DNA of 64,000 nt from Gemmatimonas sp. (GTDB lineage Bacteria; Gemmatimonadota; Gemmatimonadetes; Gemmatimonadales; Gemmatimonadaceae), in the NCBI GenBank assembly GCA_965279375.1, contig OZ257156.1, forward strand, positions 1,568,001 to 1,632,000. Reading direction: 5' to 3'. Position numbers and translations under genes: made by a program. The notes beneath the pieces were generated by a model. The model saw only the letters and a program-made list of their open reading frames with translations, searched no databases and was not told where the DNA came from. This document shows, piece by piece, positions 48,466 through 58,618 of the stretch (position 1 is its first letter; each line of letters begins with the position of its first letter).

Positions 48466-49827
48466 ATGCTCCTGCGCTCTCGCCTTCCGCTCGTCGCCGC
48501 GACGCTCCTGTCAGCTACCGCCGCCGTCACCGTCGCTACCGAACGCGCCGACGCGCAGGCCGTCAGCATGCAGAGTGCCGGTTCGCCGGAACTCATCAAA
48601 CTGATCGAGTCCAAGCTCCCCGCCGTGATGCCCAAGGTCGTCGCGTGGCGCCGCGACCTGCATCAGCATCCGGAGCTCAGCTTCGAGGAAGTGCGCACCT
48701 CCGCGATCGTCGCCAAGCACCTCCAATCGCTCGGCATCGAAGTCCAGACCGGCATCGGCAAGACGGGCGTCGTCGGCATCCTGCGCGGCGGCAAGCCGGG
48801 ACCGGTGATTGCGCTGCGCGCCGATATGGACGCGCTCCCCGTCACGGAGCTGGTGGACCTGCCGTTCAAGAGCACGGTCAAGACGCAGTGGCAAGGACAG
48901 GAGGTCGGCGTGATGCACGCCTGCGGTCACGACAATCACGTCGCGATTCTGATGGGCGCGGCCGAAGTGCTCGCTGGCATGAAGGCGAGCGTACCCGGCA
49001 CAGTGAAGTTCATCTTCCAGCCGGCCGAAGAAGGGCTCGGCGGCGCCAAGGCGATGCTGGCCGACAACGCCTTCGCGAACCCGGCACCAAGCGCGGTGTT
49101 CGGATTGCACGTGTGGCCCAACCGCGTGGGCTCCATCGCGATTCGTCAGGGTCCGATCATGGCCGCGGCGGGCAACTTCAAGATCATCGTGAAGGGACGA
49201 CAGACGCACGGCTCGCAGCCGTGGTCCGGTGTCGATCCCATCGTCGTCTCCGCACAGGTCATCCTTGGCCTGCAAACGATCGCCAGTCGGCAGGTTAACG
49301 TTGCGTATCTGCCGAGTGTGTTGACCGTGGGGCAGATCACGGGCGGCAATCGCAGCAACATCATTCCGGATAGCGTCGTGCTGGTGGGCACGTTGCGCAC
49401 CTTCGACGACAACATGCGTGCCGACATCGCTGCGCGCATCAAGCGCACCGCCGAAGACATCGCACACTCTGCGGGTGCGTCGGCCATCGTGACGATCGAT
49501 CAGGCTGGACTCGTGACGTCGAACGACACCACGCTCACCGATCGCATGCTTCCTACGCTGCGTCGCGCGGCCGGGGCGAACGGTGTGCAGTTCATCAATC
49601 CGGTCATGGGATCGGAAGACTTCCCCGAGTTCACGCGCAAGATTCCGGGCGTCTTCTTCTTCCTCGGTGTCACGCCCAAGGATCGCGATCTCAACACCGT
49701 GGCCGTCAACCACTCGCCGCTGTTCTTCGCTGATGAAGGCGCGCTGGAGATCGGCGTGCGGGCCATGGCCGGGATGGCGATGGACTATCTCTCGATGAAC
49801 GCGGGCAAGAAGGCCGCCAACAACTAG
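48466..49827 (+). CDS. M20 family amidohydrolase
   Basis: RRDLHQHPELS.EE, LRADMDALP, MHACGHD.H, FQPAEEG, GSEDF, NHSP.F; signal peptide. Confidence 0.92.
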   Translation: MLLRSRLPLVAATLLSATAAVTVATERADAQAVSMQSAGSPELIKLIESKLPAVMPKVVAWRRDLHQHPELSFEEVRTSAIVAKHLQSLGIEVQTGIGKTGVVGILRGGKPGPVIALRADMDALPVTELVDLPFKSTVKTQWQGQEVGVMHACGHDNHVAILMGAAEVLAGMKASVPGTVKFIFQPAEEGLGGAKAMLADNAFANPAPSAVFGLHVWPNRVGSIAIRQGPIMAAAGNFKIIVKGRQTHGSQPWSGVDPIVVSAQVILGLQTIASRQVNVAYLPSVLTVGQITGGNRSNIIPDSVVLVGTLRTFDDNMRADIAARIKRTAEDIAHSAGASAIVTIDQAGLVTSNDTTLTDRMLPTLRRAAGANGVQFINPVMGSEDFPEFTRKIPGVFFFLGVTPKDRDLNTVAVNHSPLFFADEGALEIGVRAMAGMAMDYLSMNAGKKAANN

Positions 49828-49960
49828 CATCAGTATCACGTCTCGGACCCCGCCCACGGTCGGCGGGGTACCGGGCTGCAGCGTCACTGCCACAACGTCC
49901 TTCACCCGATTCTGCATGCCTGTTTCCAGAGCGGCTCACGCGCGCGGTTCGCGTCGCCGA

Positions 49961-51367
49961 ATGTCCACCTTCATGCTTGGCCTCGCGCTTGGTGTTGTAT
50001 CGCCGCTGAGTACGCCCAGCACGGTGCTCGCCCAGTCCCGCGCAGAACTCAACAAGGTGCTGCAGCGCAAGGTGCTCGCCAACGGTCTCGAAGTGATCGT
50101 CGTGGAGAACCACGGTGTGCCCATCGCGACCCTCGAGATCGATGTGCGCAACGGTGCGTTCACGCAGACGCCCGAGTATGCAGGGCTCGCGCACATGTAC
50201 GAGCACATGTTCTTCAAGGCCAACAAGGACCTGCCGAGTGCCGATGCATTCAACGATCGGTCGGCGGAGCTGGGCGCCAAGTACAACGGAAGCACACAGG
50301 AGGAGCGCGTCAACTACTTCCTCACGTTGCCCGCAGATTCGCTGAAGGGTGGCCTGCAGTTTCTCGCGAGCGCACTGCGCGGTCCGCTGTTCCTGGAAGA
50401 AGAGCTCAAGCGCGAGAAGGAAGTCGTGCTGGGCGAGTACGATCGCAACGAAGCGCAGCCCGGTTTTGACTTTCAGCAGAAGGCGACCGAGCTGTTGTAT
50501 CCGGGGCAGTTCAGCCGCAAGAACACGATCGGCGATCGCACAGTGCTCAAGAACGTCACGCCCGAGCAGATGCGCGTGATTCAGAAGCGCTACTACGTCC
50601 CCAACAACTGCTCGCTGATCGTGACCGGCGATGTGAAGCCCGATGTAGTGTTCGCCTACGCCGAGCAGATCTTCGGCGATTGGGCGCGTGGTGCGGATCC
50701 GTTCGTGGCCGATCCCATTCCGCCCATTCCTGCGCTCGATGGCAACAAGGCGCTCATCTCCGAAGAGCCGATCAACGCCGTCGCGGTGCTGATTCAGTGG
50801 CAGGGGCCGAGCGTTGGGAAGGATCCCGGCGCGACGTATGCAGCCGATGTGTTCAGCGATGTGCTGAATACGCCGGGCTCCACGTTCCAGAAGAACCTTG
50901 TCGACACGGGACTCTGGCAGGGCGTTGGTGTGAACTACTACACGCTCAATCAGGTGGGTCCGATTTCCATCAGCGGACAGACCACGCCCGACAAGTTTCG
51001 CGCGGCGATGGCTGCACTGGAGCGCGAGATCGCGCGTTTCACCGATCCCACGTACATCACCCCCGCTGAACTCGAAGCGGTAAAGTCGCAGCGCACCGTG
51101 TCGAGCGCGTTCGGCATCGAGAAGGCGTCGGAGATTGCACACACGATCGGATTCTGGTGGAGCGTCGCCAATCTCGACTACTTCATGGGCTACACCGATC
51201 AGATGGCCCAACAACGCATCACGGATCTCATGCGCTACACGAGCACGTACATCGCCGGCAAGCCGCGAGTGACGAGCGTCCTGCTGCCCCCCGAAGCCAA
51301 GCGCGCGATCGGGTTGACGCAGACCGAATTGCTCACGCCGTTCAAGCGTCCGGTGGTACGTCCATGA
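49961..51367 (+). CDS. M16 peptidase, catalytic subunit
   Basis: LANGL.V, GLAHMYEHMFF (HxxEH), EKEVVLGE, YYVPNN..L.V.GD; start at 49916 or 49961. Confidence 0.9.
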   Translation: MSTFMLGLALGVVSPLSTPSTVLAQSRAELNKVLQRKVLANGLEVIVVENHGVPIATLEIDVRNGAFTQTPEYAGLAHMYEHMFFKANKDLPSADAFNDRSAELGAKYNGSTQEERVNYFLTLPADSLKGGLQFLASALRGPLFLEEELKREKEVVLGEYDRNEAQPGFDFQQKATELLYPGQFSRKNTIGDRTVLKNVTPEQMRVIQKRYYVPNNCSLIVTGDVKPDVVFAYAEQIFGDWARGADPFVADPIPPIPALDGNKALISEEPINAVAVLIQWQGPSVGKDPGATYAADVFSDVLNTPGSTFQKNLVDTGLWQGVGVNYYTLNQVGPISISGQTTPDKFRAAMAALEREIARFTDPTYITPAELEAVKSQRTVSSAFGIEKASEIAHTIGFWWSVANLDYFMGYTDQMAQQRITDLMRYTSTYIAGKPRVTSVLLPPEAKRAIGLTQTELLTPFKRPVVRP

Positions 51368-52800
51368 ACACGACTCCGAAATCCTTCATCGTGCGCACTG
51401 CGTTCAGTGCGCTGACGTTTCTCTCGCTCGCTGCCGCTCACACTACGGCGCTGCATGCACAGGCGACAACCAAGCGCCCCGCAGCGCCGGCGAAGGCGCC
51501 TGCCAAAGCACCGGCCAAGGCGCCTGCCAAGACCGCGGCGGCCGAAGCCGAAGAGATCGGTGGCGACACGCTCACCGTGCGCTTCGAAGTTTCGGGTATT
51601 CCGGTCATTCTGCGTCGCGTCTCCGCAAATGCAGTCGTCGCTGCGAATCTCTACCTGCTGGGTGGTGTGCGTCAGCTCACGACGGCCAACGAAGGCATCG
51701 AGAGTCTGCTCCTCGAAGCGAGCGAGCGCGGTACGCAGAAGTATCCGCGCGACCTGCTGCGCACCAAGATGGCGCGTTTGGGCAGTGCGATTGGTGTGAG
51801 CCCCGGCCTCGACTGGACGACGGTTGCGCTCCGATCGACGGTGGCGGGCTTCGATTCCACGTGGGCCATTCTTGCCGATCGCATCATCGCGCCGCGACTC
51901 GAATCGGCCGATGTGGAACTCGTGCGGGAGCAGTTCGTCACGGGACTCAAGCAGCGCACCGATAGTCCGGACGCGCTGCTTGATCATCTCGCCGACAGCA
52001 TCACCTACGTTGGGCATCCCTACGCGCTCGAACCACTCGGCAGCGAAGCATCGCTGAGCAAGCTCACCATCGCTGACCTGCGCGCGTATCACGCGCAGCA
52101 GATGGTCACGTCGCGGATGATGCTGGTAGTCGTGGGCAACGTATCGCGTGCCCGCGTGGAACGTCTCGTGCGCGAATCCATCGGACGACTGCCGCGCGGT
52201 ACGTATAGCTGGAAGGTGCCGCAGCCGCCGGCCGCGTTGCCGACGGCGTACGTACTGGTCAAGCGCACGCTGCCCACGAACTATCTGCAGGGCTACTTCC
52301 AGGGACCGTCCGCCACCTCCAAGGATTACGCCGCATTGCGTCTCGCCTGCGCCGTGTTGTCGGGGCGGCTCTTCTCCGAAGTGCGACAGAAGCGCAATCT
52401 CACGTACGACGTTGGTGCGCCGTTCGTGGAGCGCGCGTTCGCGTCGGGGGGGCTGTACGTCACCACCACCGCGCCCGATGAAGTGCTGACCATCATGCGT
52501 CAACAGATCACCGAGTTGCAGGAGGGATACATCACCCCTGAGGGACTCGAGCGGTTGGTGCAAGGCTTCATCGTCACCTATTTCCTGGACAACGAGACGA
52601 ACGCCGACCAGGCCAACCTGCTCGCGCGAGCGGAGTTGTATCAGGGCGGTTTCGAGAAGTCGTCGAAGTTCGTGGATGAGCTGCGCGCGGTGACGCCGGA
52701 AGACATTCACAACGCGGCACGCACGTACATGACCAAAGTCCGCTGGGCATATGTAGGCGATCCGAGCAAGGTCACGCCCGCGCGCTTGATGCGCTTTTAA
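51364..52800 (+). CDS. M16 peptidase, non-catalytic partner subunit
   Basis: No HxxEH; GHPY, LVVVGNV, SGRLFSEVRQKRNLTY (R/Y motif); ATGA overlap. Confidence 0.85.
   Translation: MNTTPKSFIVRTAFSALTFLSLAAAHTTALHAQATTKRPAAPAKAPAKAPAKAPAKTAAAEAEEIGGDTLTVRFEVSGIPVILRRVSANAVVAANLYLLGGVRQLTTANEGIESLLLEASERGTQKYPRDLLRTKMARLGSAIGVSPGLDWTTVALRSTVAGFDSTWAILADRIIAPRLESADVELVREQFVTGLKQRTDSPDALLDHLADSITYVGHPYALEPLGSEASLSKLTIADLRAYHAQQMVTSRMMLVVVGNVSRARVERLVRESIGRLPRGTYSWKVPQPPAALPTAYVLVKRTLPTNYLQGYFQGPSATSKDYAALRLACAVLSGRLFSEVRQKRNLTYDVGAPFVERAFASGGLYVTTTAPDEVLTIMRQQITELQEGYITPEGLERLVQGFIVTYFLDNETNADQANLLARAELYQGGFEKSSKFVDELRAVTPEDIHNAARTYMTKVRWAYVGDPSKVTPARLMRF
51484..51531 (+). repeat. 4 x 12-bp coding repeat (APAK)
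   Basis: gcgccggcgaag gcgcctgccaaa gcaccggccaag gcgcctgccaag. Confidence 0.8.
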
Positions 52801-52818
52801 TGTGCTTCTGATTCGGCG

Positions 52819-53577
52819 TTGAGCACGCTTTCCATCGATCTCGCCTACACGCGCCACTCCGATATCGGAGTGGCGCTGTTGCATCGGGATGCGCACAACC
52901 GCACACGCGCGCGTGCGCTGCGCATCGACCTTCCCGATCCACCGGATGTCGCACGCCTCGCCGACTGGATCACGTGCACCGCCGACGAGCACGATGTGCG
53001 CTGCCTCTGCATCGACGGACCGCTGGGCTGGCGCGACCCCGAGCGTGCGGCGGCGCACGGCGCAGTGCATTCGCGCGTGAGCGAGCGGCGGCTCAATGCA
53101 CCGGGCAAGACCGGTGCGCCCGGCACCTGCAAGCCACAGCTTTATCTGCCATTCATTGCGTTCTCCATCGCGCTGTTCGAGCGGCTCACTCAGCAGGGTT
53201 GGGTGCTTCCCGATGGTACGCACCGCAGCGCGCACGACCGTTTGGCGCCCCAACGCCTCATCACGGAGACGTTTCCGACGGCAGCGTGGCGTGCATTCGG
53301 CTTGCCGCCGCTGCCCGGCAAGGCACGAGCGGCCAAGGACCCATCCATCCTGAGGGCGGCGCTCGCGACGCTCCACGACACGCTTGGCGTCGAGCTGGAC
53401 GGCATCGCCACGCACGATGAGGTGCAGGCCGTGATCGGCGGGCTGGCCGGGCTGGCCTGGGAGGCCGGCGACGCCGATCAGGTACGACTGGAGGGACTTT
53501 CCCCCGAACGTCTCGACGGGACGTGGCGCGAGGGTTACATCATGATTCCTGCTCCGTCCCCGCCGATTCGACCGTGA
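52819..53577 (+). CDS. DUF429 family protein (predicted RNase H-fold nuclease)
   Basis: SIDLA, IDGPLGW, R..ER.L, ETFP, HD..A; TTG start. Confidence 0.65.
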   Translation: MSTLSIDLAYTRHSDIGVALLHRDAHNRTRARALRIDLPDPPDVARLADWITCTADEHDVRCLCIDGPLGWRDPERAAAHGAVHSRVSERRLNAPGKTGAPGTCKPQLYLPFIAFSIALFERLTQQGWVLPDGTHRSAHDRLAPQRLITETFPTAAWRAFGLPPLPGKARAAKDPSILRAALATLHDTLGVELDGIATHDEVQAVIGGLAGLAWEAGDADQVRLEGLSPERLDGTWREGYIMIPAPSPPIRP

Positions 53578-53590
53578 TCTTCTCGCCGTG

Positions 53591-54355
53591 ATGTCCGACT
53601 CGTCCCAGCCCCTGAATCGCCGCCGTTTCGTCTCGATGGCCGCTGCCGCCGCGGCCACGGCCTCGCTGACGCCTTCACTCGCGCAGGCCCTCTCAGGCGC
53701 TGACGACGCCAGCGCGCCACACGGTGCGGGTGGCATCGTGCTCTTTCAGGGCGACTCGGTCACGGACAACGGACGCAGTCGCACTCGGCCCATGGCCAAC
53801 GACGCGAGCGCCTTGGGGAACGGCTATCCGCTCATGGTCTCCAGTCAGGTGCTCCGAACGGATTCGGAATCGCCGTGGCAGTTCTTCAATCGCGGCGTCA
53901 GCGGCAACAAGATCCCCGATCTCGATGCGCGCTGGGACGCCGACTGTCTGGCCATCAAGCCAGACATCCTGAGCATCCTGATCGGCATCAACGACTACTG
54001 GCACACCAAGACGCTGGGCTACAAGGGCACCACTGCCGAATTCGAGTTGGGCTTCATCGCGCTGATCGATCGCACGAAGAAGGCGCTGCCGTCGGTGCGA
54101 CTGGTCATCATGGAGCCGTTCGTGCTCAAGGTCGGCGCCGTGGACGACAGCTGGTATCCCGCATTCCCCGAGCGCCAAGCCATCGTCGCCCGCATCGCCA
54201 AGACCGTCGGCGCCAAGTACGTACCACTGCAGGAACCGTTCGATCGCGCCGCAAAATCAACGGGCCCTGCGCACTGGGCTGCCGACGGTGTGCATCCCAC
54301 ACCAGCAGGACACGCGCTGATCGCCGAACGCTGGCGCGCAGCCGTCAAGCTCTGA
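53591..54355 (+). CDS. SGNH/GDSL esterase, Tat-exported
   Basis: NRRRFV; FQGDS, NRGVSG, LIGIND, DGVHP. Confidence 0.9.
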   Translation: MSDSSQPLNRRRFVSMAAAAAATASLTPSLAQALSGADDASAPHGAGGIVLFQGDSVTDNGRSRTRPMANDASALGNGYPLMVSSQVLRTDSESPWQFFNRGVSGNKIPDLDARWDADCLAIKPDILSILIGINDYWHTKTLGYKGTTAEFELGFIALIDRTKKALPSVRLVIMEPFVLKVGAVDDSWYPAFPERQAIVARIAKTVGAKYVPLQEPFDRAAKSTGPAHWAADGVHPTPAGHALIAERWRAAVKL

Positions 54356-54386
54356 CACTTACCCCGCACACCTTCCCCCTCCCGTC

Positions 54387-55904
54387 ATGTCGAACGACTA
54401 CTCGCGTCGCGATTTCGTCAGCGATTCCACGAAGCTCGCCTTCGGTGCCATGATCGTCCCCCGCTTCGTGCTCGGCGGACCTGGCTATCGCGCACCAAGC
54501 GCCAAGCTCAACATCGCCTGTGTCGGCGTGGGTGGCATGGGCATGAGCAACATGTCGATGATGCTCGACGAGAACATCGTCGCGGTGTGCGACGTGGATT
54601 TCGCGTACGTTGAGCGTTCGCTCAATAGCCGCCTCAAGCCAGCGCGTGGCGAAGTCACCGCGCAGAACGTCAAGCTCGGCGAAGCGTTCGCCAAGGCGAC
54701 GCGCTACACCGACTTCCGCGTGATGCTCGAGAAGCAGAAGGATATCGACGCGGTGGTGATCGCCACGCCTGACCACATGCACGCCACCATCGCCAACATG
54801 GCGATGAAGATGGGCAAGCATGTGTACGTGCAGAAGCCGCTCACCTACTCGGTGTACGAAGCGCGCCTGCTCGCCAGGACGGCCGCAGAAACGAAGGTCG
54901 TTACGCAGATGGGCAATCAGGGCCACTCGGCGGAAGGCACGCGTCGCATCAACGAGATCATCGCGTCTGGGGTGCTGGGAAAGATCCACGAAGTGCACGT
55001 GTGGACTGACCGTCCTGTGCGCTATTGGGCGCAAGGCATTCCGCGTCCGATCGCACCGGGCACCGTGCGCCCGTTCCAGGCCGCCGAGAACCCCAACATT
55101 CCGCGTCAGTGGAATCAGGGCACCGTCGATCGTGCCGTGCGTGATGCGATGGCCATTGCGCCGTCGTCGCCACCGCCGGGACTCGATTGGGATCTCTTCC
55201 TCGGTGCGTCACCGGATGTGCCGTATCACCCGGCGTATCACCCGTTCGCATGGCGCGGCTGGATCGATTTCGGCGTTGGCGCGATCGGCGACATGGGCGC
55301 GCACCTCATCGATCAGTCGTTCTGGGCGCTCGGTCTCGACTATCCCACCAGCATCTCGGCGTCGTCATCGCCGTGGGGCGGTGGTGCACAGACGCCGGCC
55401 ACGTACCCGATGGCGACGATGGTGCAGTACGAGTTCGCTGCACGCGGCAAGGAACCGCCGGTGAAGATGCATTGGTACGACGGCGGCCTGATTCCGCCGC
55501 GTCCGGATATGCTCCCCACCGATGCTGCGCTCTCGCAGGGCGACGGTGGTGGCGGACTGTTCATCGGCGAGAAGGGCATCCTCACGCACGAGACGTACGG
55601 CGCGAATCCCAAGATCTACCCGGAAGCGACCGCCAAGAAGGCCGAAGCAGTGCCCAAGACATTCCCGCGCGTCACCGTGCCACACGAAGTGAACTGGATC
55701 CAGGCGTGCAAGGGCGAAGCGAAGGCGAGCTGCCCGTTCGACTACGCCGCCAAGCTGACGGAAACGATGCTGTTGGGCATCGTGGCGCTGCGCACCGGTC
55801 AGGGAAAGAAGCTGCTGTACGACGGACCGAACATGAAGGTCACCAACATCCCCGAAGCCAACCAGTATCTGACGCGCGTCTATCGCAAGGGCTGGGAGCT
55901 GTAG
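54387..55904 (+). CDS. Gfo/Idh/MocA oxidoreductase, Tat-exported
   Basis: SRRDFV; GVGGMG, IATPDHMH, HVYVQKP, TQMGNQ, GDMGAH. Confidence 0.9.
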   Translation: MSNDYSRRDFVSDSTKLAFGAMIVPRFVLGGPGYRAPSAKLNIACVGVGGMGMSNMSMMLDENIVAVCDVDFAYVERSLNSRLKPARGEVTAQNVKLGEAFAKATRYTDFRVMLEKQKDIDAVVIATPDHMHATIANMAMKMGKHVYVQKPLTYSVYEARLLARTAAETKVVTQMGNQGHSAEGTRRINEIIASGVLGKIHEVHVWTDRPVRYWAQGIPRPIAPGTVRPFQAAENPNIPRQWNQGTVDRAVRDAMAIAPSSPPPGLDWDLFLGASPDVPYHPAYHPFAWRGWIDFGVGAIGDMGAHLIDQSFWALGLDYPTSISASSSPWGGGAQTPATYPMATMVQYEFAARGKEPPVKMHWYDGGLIPPRPDMLPTDAALSQGDGGGGLFIGEKGILTHETYGANPKIYPEATAKKAEAVPKTFPRVTVPHEVNWIQACKGEAKASCPFDYAAKLTETMLLGIVALRTGQGKKLLYDGPNMKVTNIPEANQYLTRVYRKGWEL

Positions 55905-55921
55905 TCAGCAGCAACCGCAAG

Positions 55922-57508
55922 TTAGCGGCGTTCCAGTTTGTCGACGCGTGCTTCGAGTGTTGCGAGGCGCGCGTCGATCGAACCGGAAGGCGCGGGGGCC
56001 GTCGTGACGACGGAGCTCGCAATGATAGCAGGCCGCGTCGATACCGATGCGGCCTCTGTCGTTTGCGCCGACGCGTAGCCACCGAGCCGCCGACCGACTG
56101 CACTCAGCCACAGGACGCGAAACAGACGTTCGTCCGCCGGCATCTTGAGCGGATTGCGCAGTAGCAGCACGACACTGATCCCGAACCAGATCATCGCGAC
56201 GAATAGCAGCGTGATGCCAAGTCCCGGGTCATAGTGCTGGCCGTTTCTCTCCTCTCGCAGCGCGAAGCGTCCTGCGAACGAAGCTGCAGCACCGAAGAGA
56301 AGCACCAGAGCTGTCCGACGGGTGCGCTTCCGCTGCGCCACTACGGTGGCATCCGCGCGCAGCTGCTGGCGACGTTCTTCCCGCTCAGCCATCACCGCCA
56401 GCAGACCGCGATGAATGTCATCGCCGCTGAATCCCGCCGCGCGAATGCGTCTCACTTCGGAACGCGATTGCAGGAAGCGACCGAAGAGCACGGCAATCAT
56501 CACCAGCGAGGGAAGCACGCCAGCCAGCGTACCCGGCGTCAGCATCAGGCTGAACGAGAACAGCAGCATGAACATCAGAAACGCCGCAAGGATCTGCACC
56601 ATCGACATCTCGTTCGCGAGCAGTCGAATGGAGAGTGGAATTTCGGGCGCTGCCGCCTGCGCTGCGTCCAGCGCTTCGATCAACGCGGAAGCATCCGCAA
56701 AGCGATCGTCGCGTTCCTTCGCCAGACACTTGTCTACGGACGGTCCCAGCGTGGGCGGGAGATCCGGCCGAATCGTACCCAATGGTGGCAACAGCTCCGT
56801 TAGCTGCCGCACGAGAATGCGCGCCGCGCTCTCGCCCGCAAATGCCACGTTCCCTGTCGCGGCAAAGTGTCCGACTAACCCCAGCGAGTAGAGATCGCTG
56901 CGTCCGTCGATCTCTTCACCGGTCGCCTGCTCCGGACTCATGTACTCGGGCGTGCCCACCACTTCGCCAACACGCGTCATTCCATTCCGCGCAGCGGGCG
57001 CTGCGCCAATCGCGCGTGCCACACCAAAGTCCATCAATAGCGCGCGGCCCGTCACGCGCTCCAGCATGATGTTGTCCGGCTTGAGATCCCGATGCACCAC
57101 GCCGCGGCCGTGCGCGTACGCCAGCGCGTACGCGACGTCGAGCAGCAGACGAATCGTTTCACGCGCCGACAGCGGCCCGGCGCGCTTCACACGCTCCGTG
57201 AGGCTCTCGCCCTCCACGAAACCCATCACGAACGCCAGCGAGTCGCCCTCGGCTTCCACCGAATACACCGGCACGATGTTCGGATGCGAGAAGCTCGCCG
57301 CCATGCGCACTTCACGCAGAAAGCGCTCGCGCAACAACGGGTCGCTCGCGAATTCCGACGGCAGCTCCTTCACCGCCACCAGCCGGTCCAGCGTCAGGTC
57401 GCGGGCGAGATACACGGCGCCCATCCCACCACGGCCGAGCAGTCGCTCGATGCGGTAACGATCGGCGAGTCGCGACTGGAGATCTGGCAACGTGGAATCA
57501 GTGGGCAT
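55922..57508 (-). CDS. Ser/Thr kinase with C-terminal TM helices
   Basis: LGRGGMGAVY, VAVK, HRDLKPDN, DFG, GTPEYMSPEQ; 4 hydrophobic segments after the kinase domain. Confidence 0.92.
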   Translation of the reverse strand: MPTDSTLPDLQSRLADRYRIERLLGRGGMGAVYLARDLTLDRLVAVKELPSEFASDPLLRERFLREVRMAASFSHPNIVPVYSVEAEGDSLAFVMGFVEGESLTERVKRAGPLSARETIRLLLDVAYALAYAHGRGVVHRDLKPDNIMLERVTGRALLMDFGVARAIGAAPAARNGMTRVGEVVGTPEYMSPEQATGEEIDGRSDLYSLGLVGHFAATGNVAFAGESAARILVRQLTELLPPLGTIRPDLPPTLGPSVDKCLAKERDDRFADASALIEALDAAQAAAPEIPLSIRLLANEMSMVQILAAFLMFMLLFSFSLMLTPGTLAGVLPSLVMIAVLFGRFLQSRSEVRRIRAAGFSGDDIHRGLLAVMAEREERRQQLRADATVVAQRKRTRRTALVLLFGAAASFAGRFALREERNGQHYDPGLGITLLFVAMIWFGISVVLLLRNPLKMPADERLFRVLWLSAVGRRLGGYASAQTTEAASVSTRPAIIASSVVTTAPAPSGSIDARLATLEARVDKLERR

Positions 57509-57590
57509 TGTGCCTATGTTATCCTGTGAAACTGGTCCCGTCGAGGAATCAGACCTCGCGCACCTTCGTCACCTCGCTCTCCGATCCTCC

Positions 57591-58430
57591 ATGCTCACTC
57601 CGCCAGTCGATCATGTCGTCGTGTCCTCCGTCGATGGTGCACGCGCGGTCATTGCCCTCGATGGCGCCCACGTCGTCTCATGGATTCCAGCAGGCAGTGA
57701 GAGCGATCGACTATTCGTCAGCGCGCGCTCTGGGTTTGGCGAGGGCGTATCAATTCGAGGCGGCATCCCGCTGATCTTTCCGCAGTTCGGTGCCGATGGT
57801 CCGCTGCAACGGCACGGCTTTGCGCGCAATCGTCGCTGGGTGCTTGTGGCGCAGCAGAGCGGTGGGGCGGAAGCAGTTGCGCGCTTTGCGCTCATTGACG
57901 ACGAAGTGACGCGCGCGATCTGGCCCCACCCATTCCATGCACAGGTGACGGTGCGCGTGAAGGGACCGCGGCTTTCCGTCTCGCTGGAGATTGCGAACTC
58001 CGCGAGCGAGCCAGCGACCTTCACTGCGGCGCTACATCCATACTTCGCCGTCGCGAACGCATATGCCACACACGTCGTCGGCCTCGAGGGCCGTCAGTAC
58101 CGTGACGCGCTGCGCGAGCGCTCGGTGCATGTCGAGGAGTCCGCATCGCTCGCGATCTCCGGTGAAATCGATCGTGTCTACTTCGATGTGGCGAACGCGA
58201 TCGAGATTCGTGAACCCGATCGTGCATTACGCATCGAGAAGGTCGGGTTCCCAGATGCAGTGGTGTGGAATCCTGGCCCGGACGGCACACGCGGCCGTGC
58301 CGACTTCGAGCCGGGTGACGAGCTGCGCATGCTCTGCGTCGAGGCGGCAGCCGTGCAGCATCCCATCACGCTGGCGCCCGGTGCGCGATGGGAAGGCACG
58401 CAGATCATGACCGACATTGGTGGGAGCTGA
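57591..58430 (+). CDS. D-hexose-6-phosphate mutarotase (YeaD-like)
   Basis: GAHVVSW, IRGGIP.IFPQF, HGFARN, ALHPYF, EIDRVY, VVWNPG, MLCVE. Confidence 0.88.
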   Translation: MLTPPVDHVVVSSVDGARAVIALDGAHVVSWIPAGSESDRLFVSARSGFGEGVSIRGGIPLIFPQFGADGPLQRHGFARNRRWVLVAQQSGGAEAVARFALIDDEVTRAIWPHPFHAQVTVRVKGPRLSVSLEIANSASEPATFTAALHPYFAVANAYATHVVGLEGRQYRDALRERSVHVEESASLAISGEIDRVYFDVANAIEIREPDRALRIEKVGFPDAVVWNPGPDGTRGRADFEPGDELRMLCVEAAAVQHPITLAPGARWEGTQIMTDIGGS

Positions 58431-58431
58431 C

Positions 58432-58618
58432 GGGGATTCGAATGGGATACGAGATGATGAACTGCTCGGCCACGGATAGAAACCGATAGAAACAGAAACG
58501 GCGCACGAATACTGCAAACAGCAGTTATTGCTCTTGTTGTATCCGTGCGCTGTTTCCGCGCGCTTCAGCTCTTATCCGTGGCCGAGCAGTTCGTCCGTTC
58601 ATATCCCCACCCATCCCC
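58432..58618. repeat. Long imperfect inverted repeat (MITE/REP-like fold-back)
   Basis: gaactgctcggccacggata (58459-78) / tatccgtggccgagcagttc (58573-92) is a perfect 20 bp; inner arms 58495-512 / 58539-556; terminal ggggat/atcccc. Confidence 0.75.

Noticed and set aside
48511..53736. Long minus-strand ORFs (468, 502 and 833 aa)
   Set aside because: Antisense shadows of the M20, M16 and DUF429 genes.
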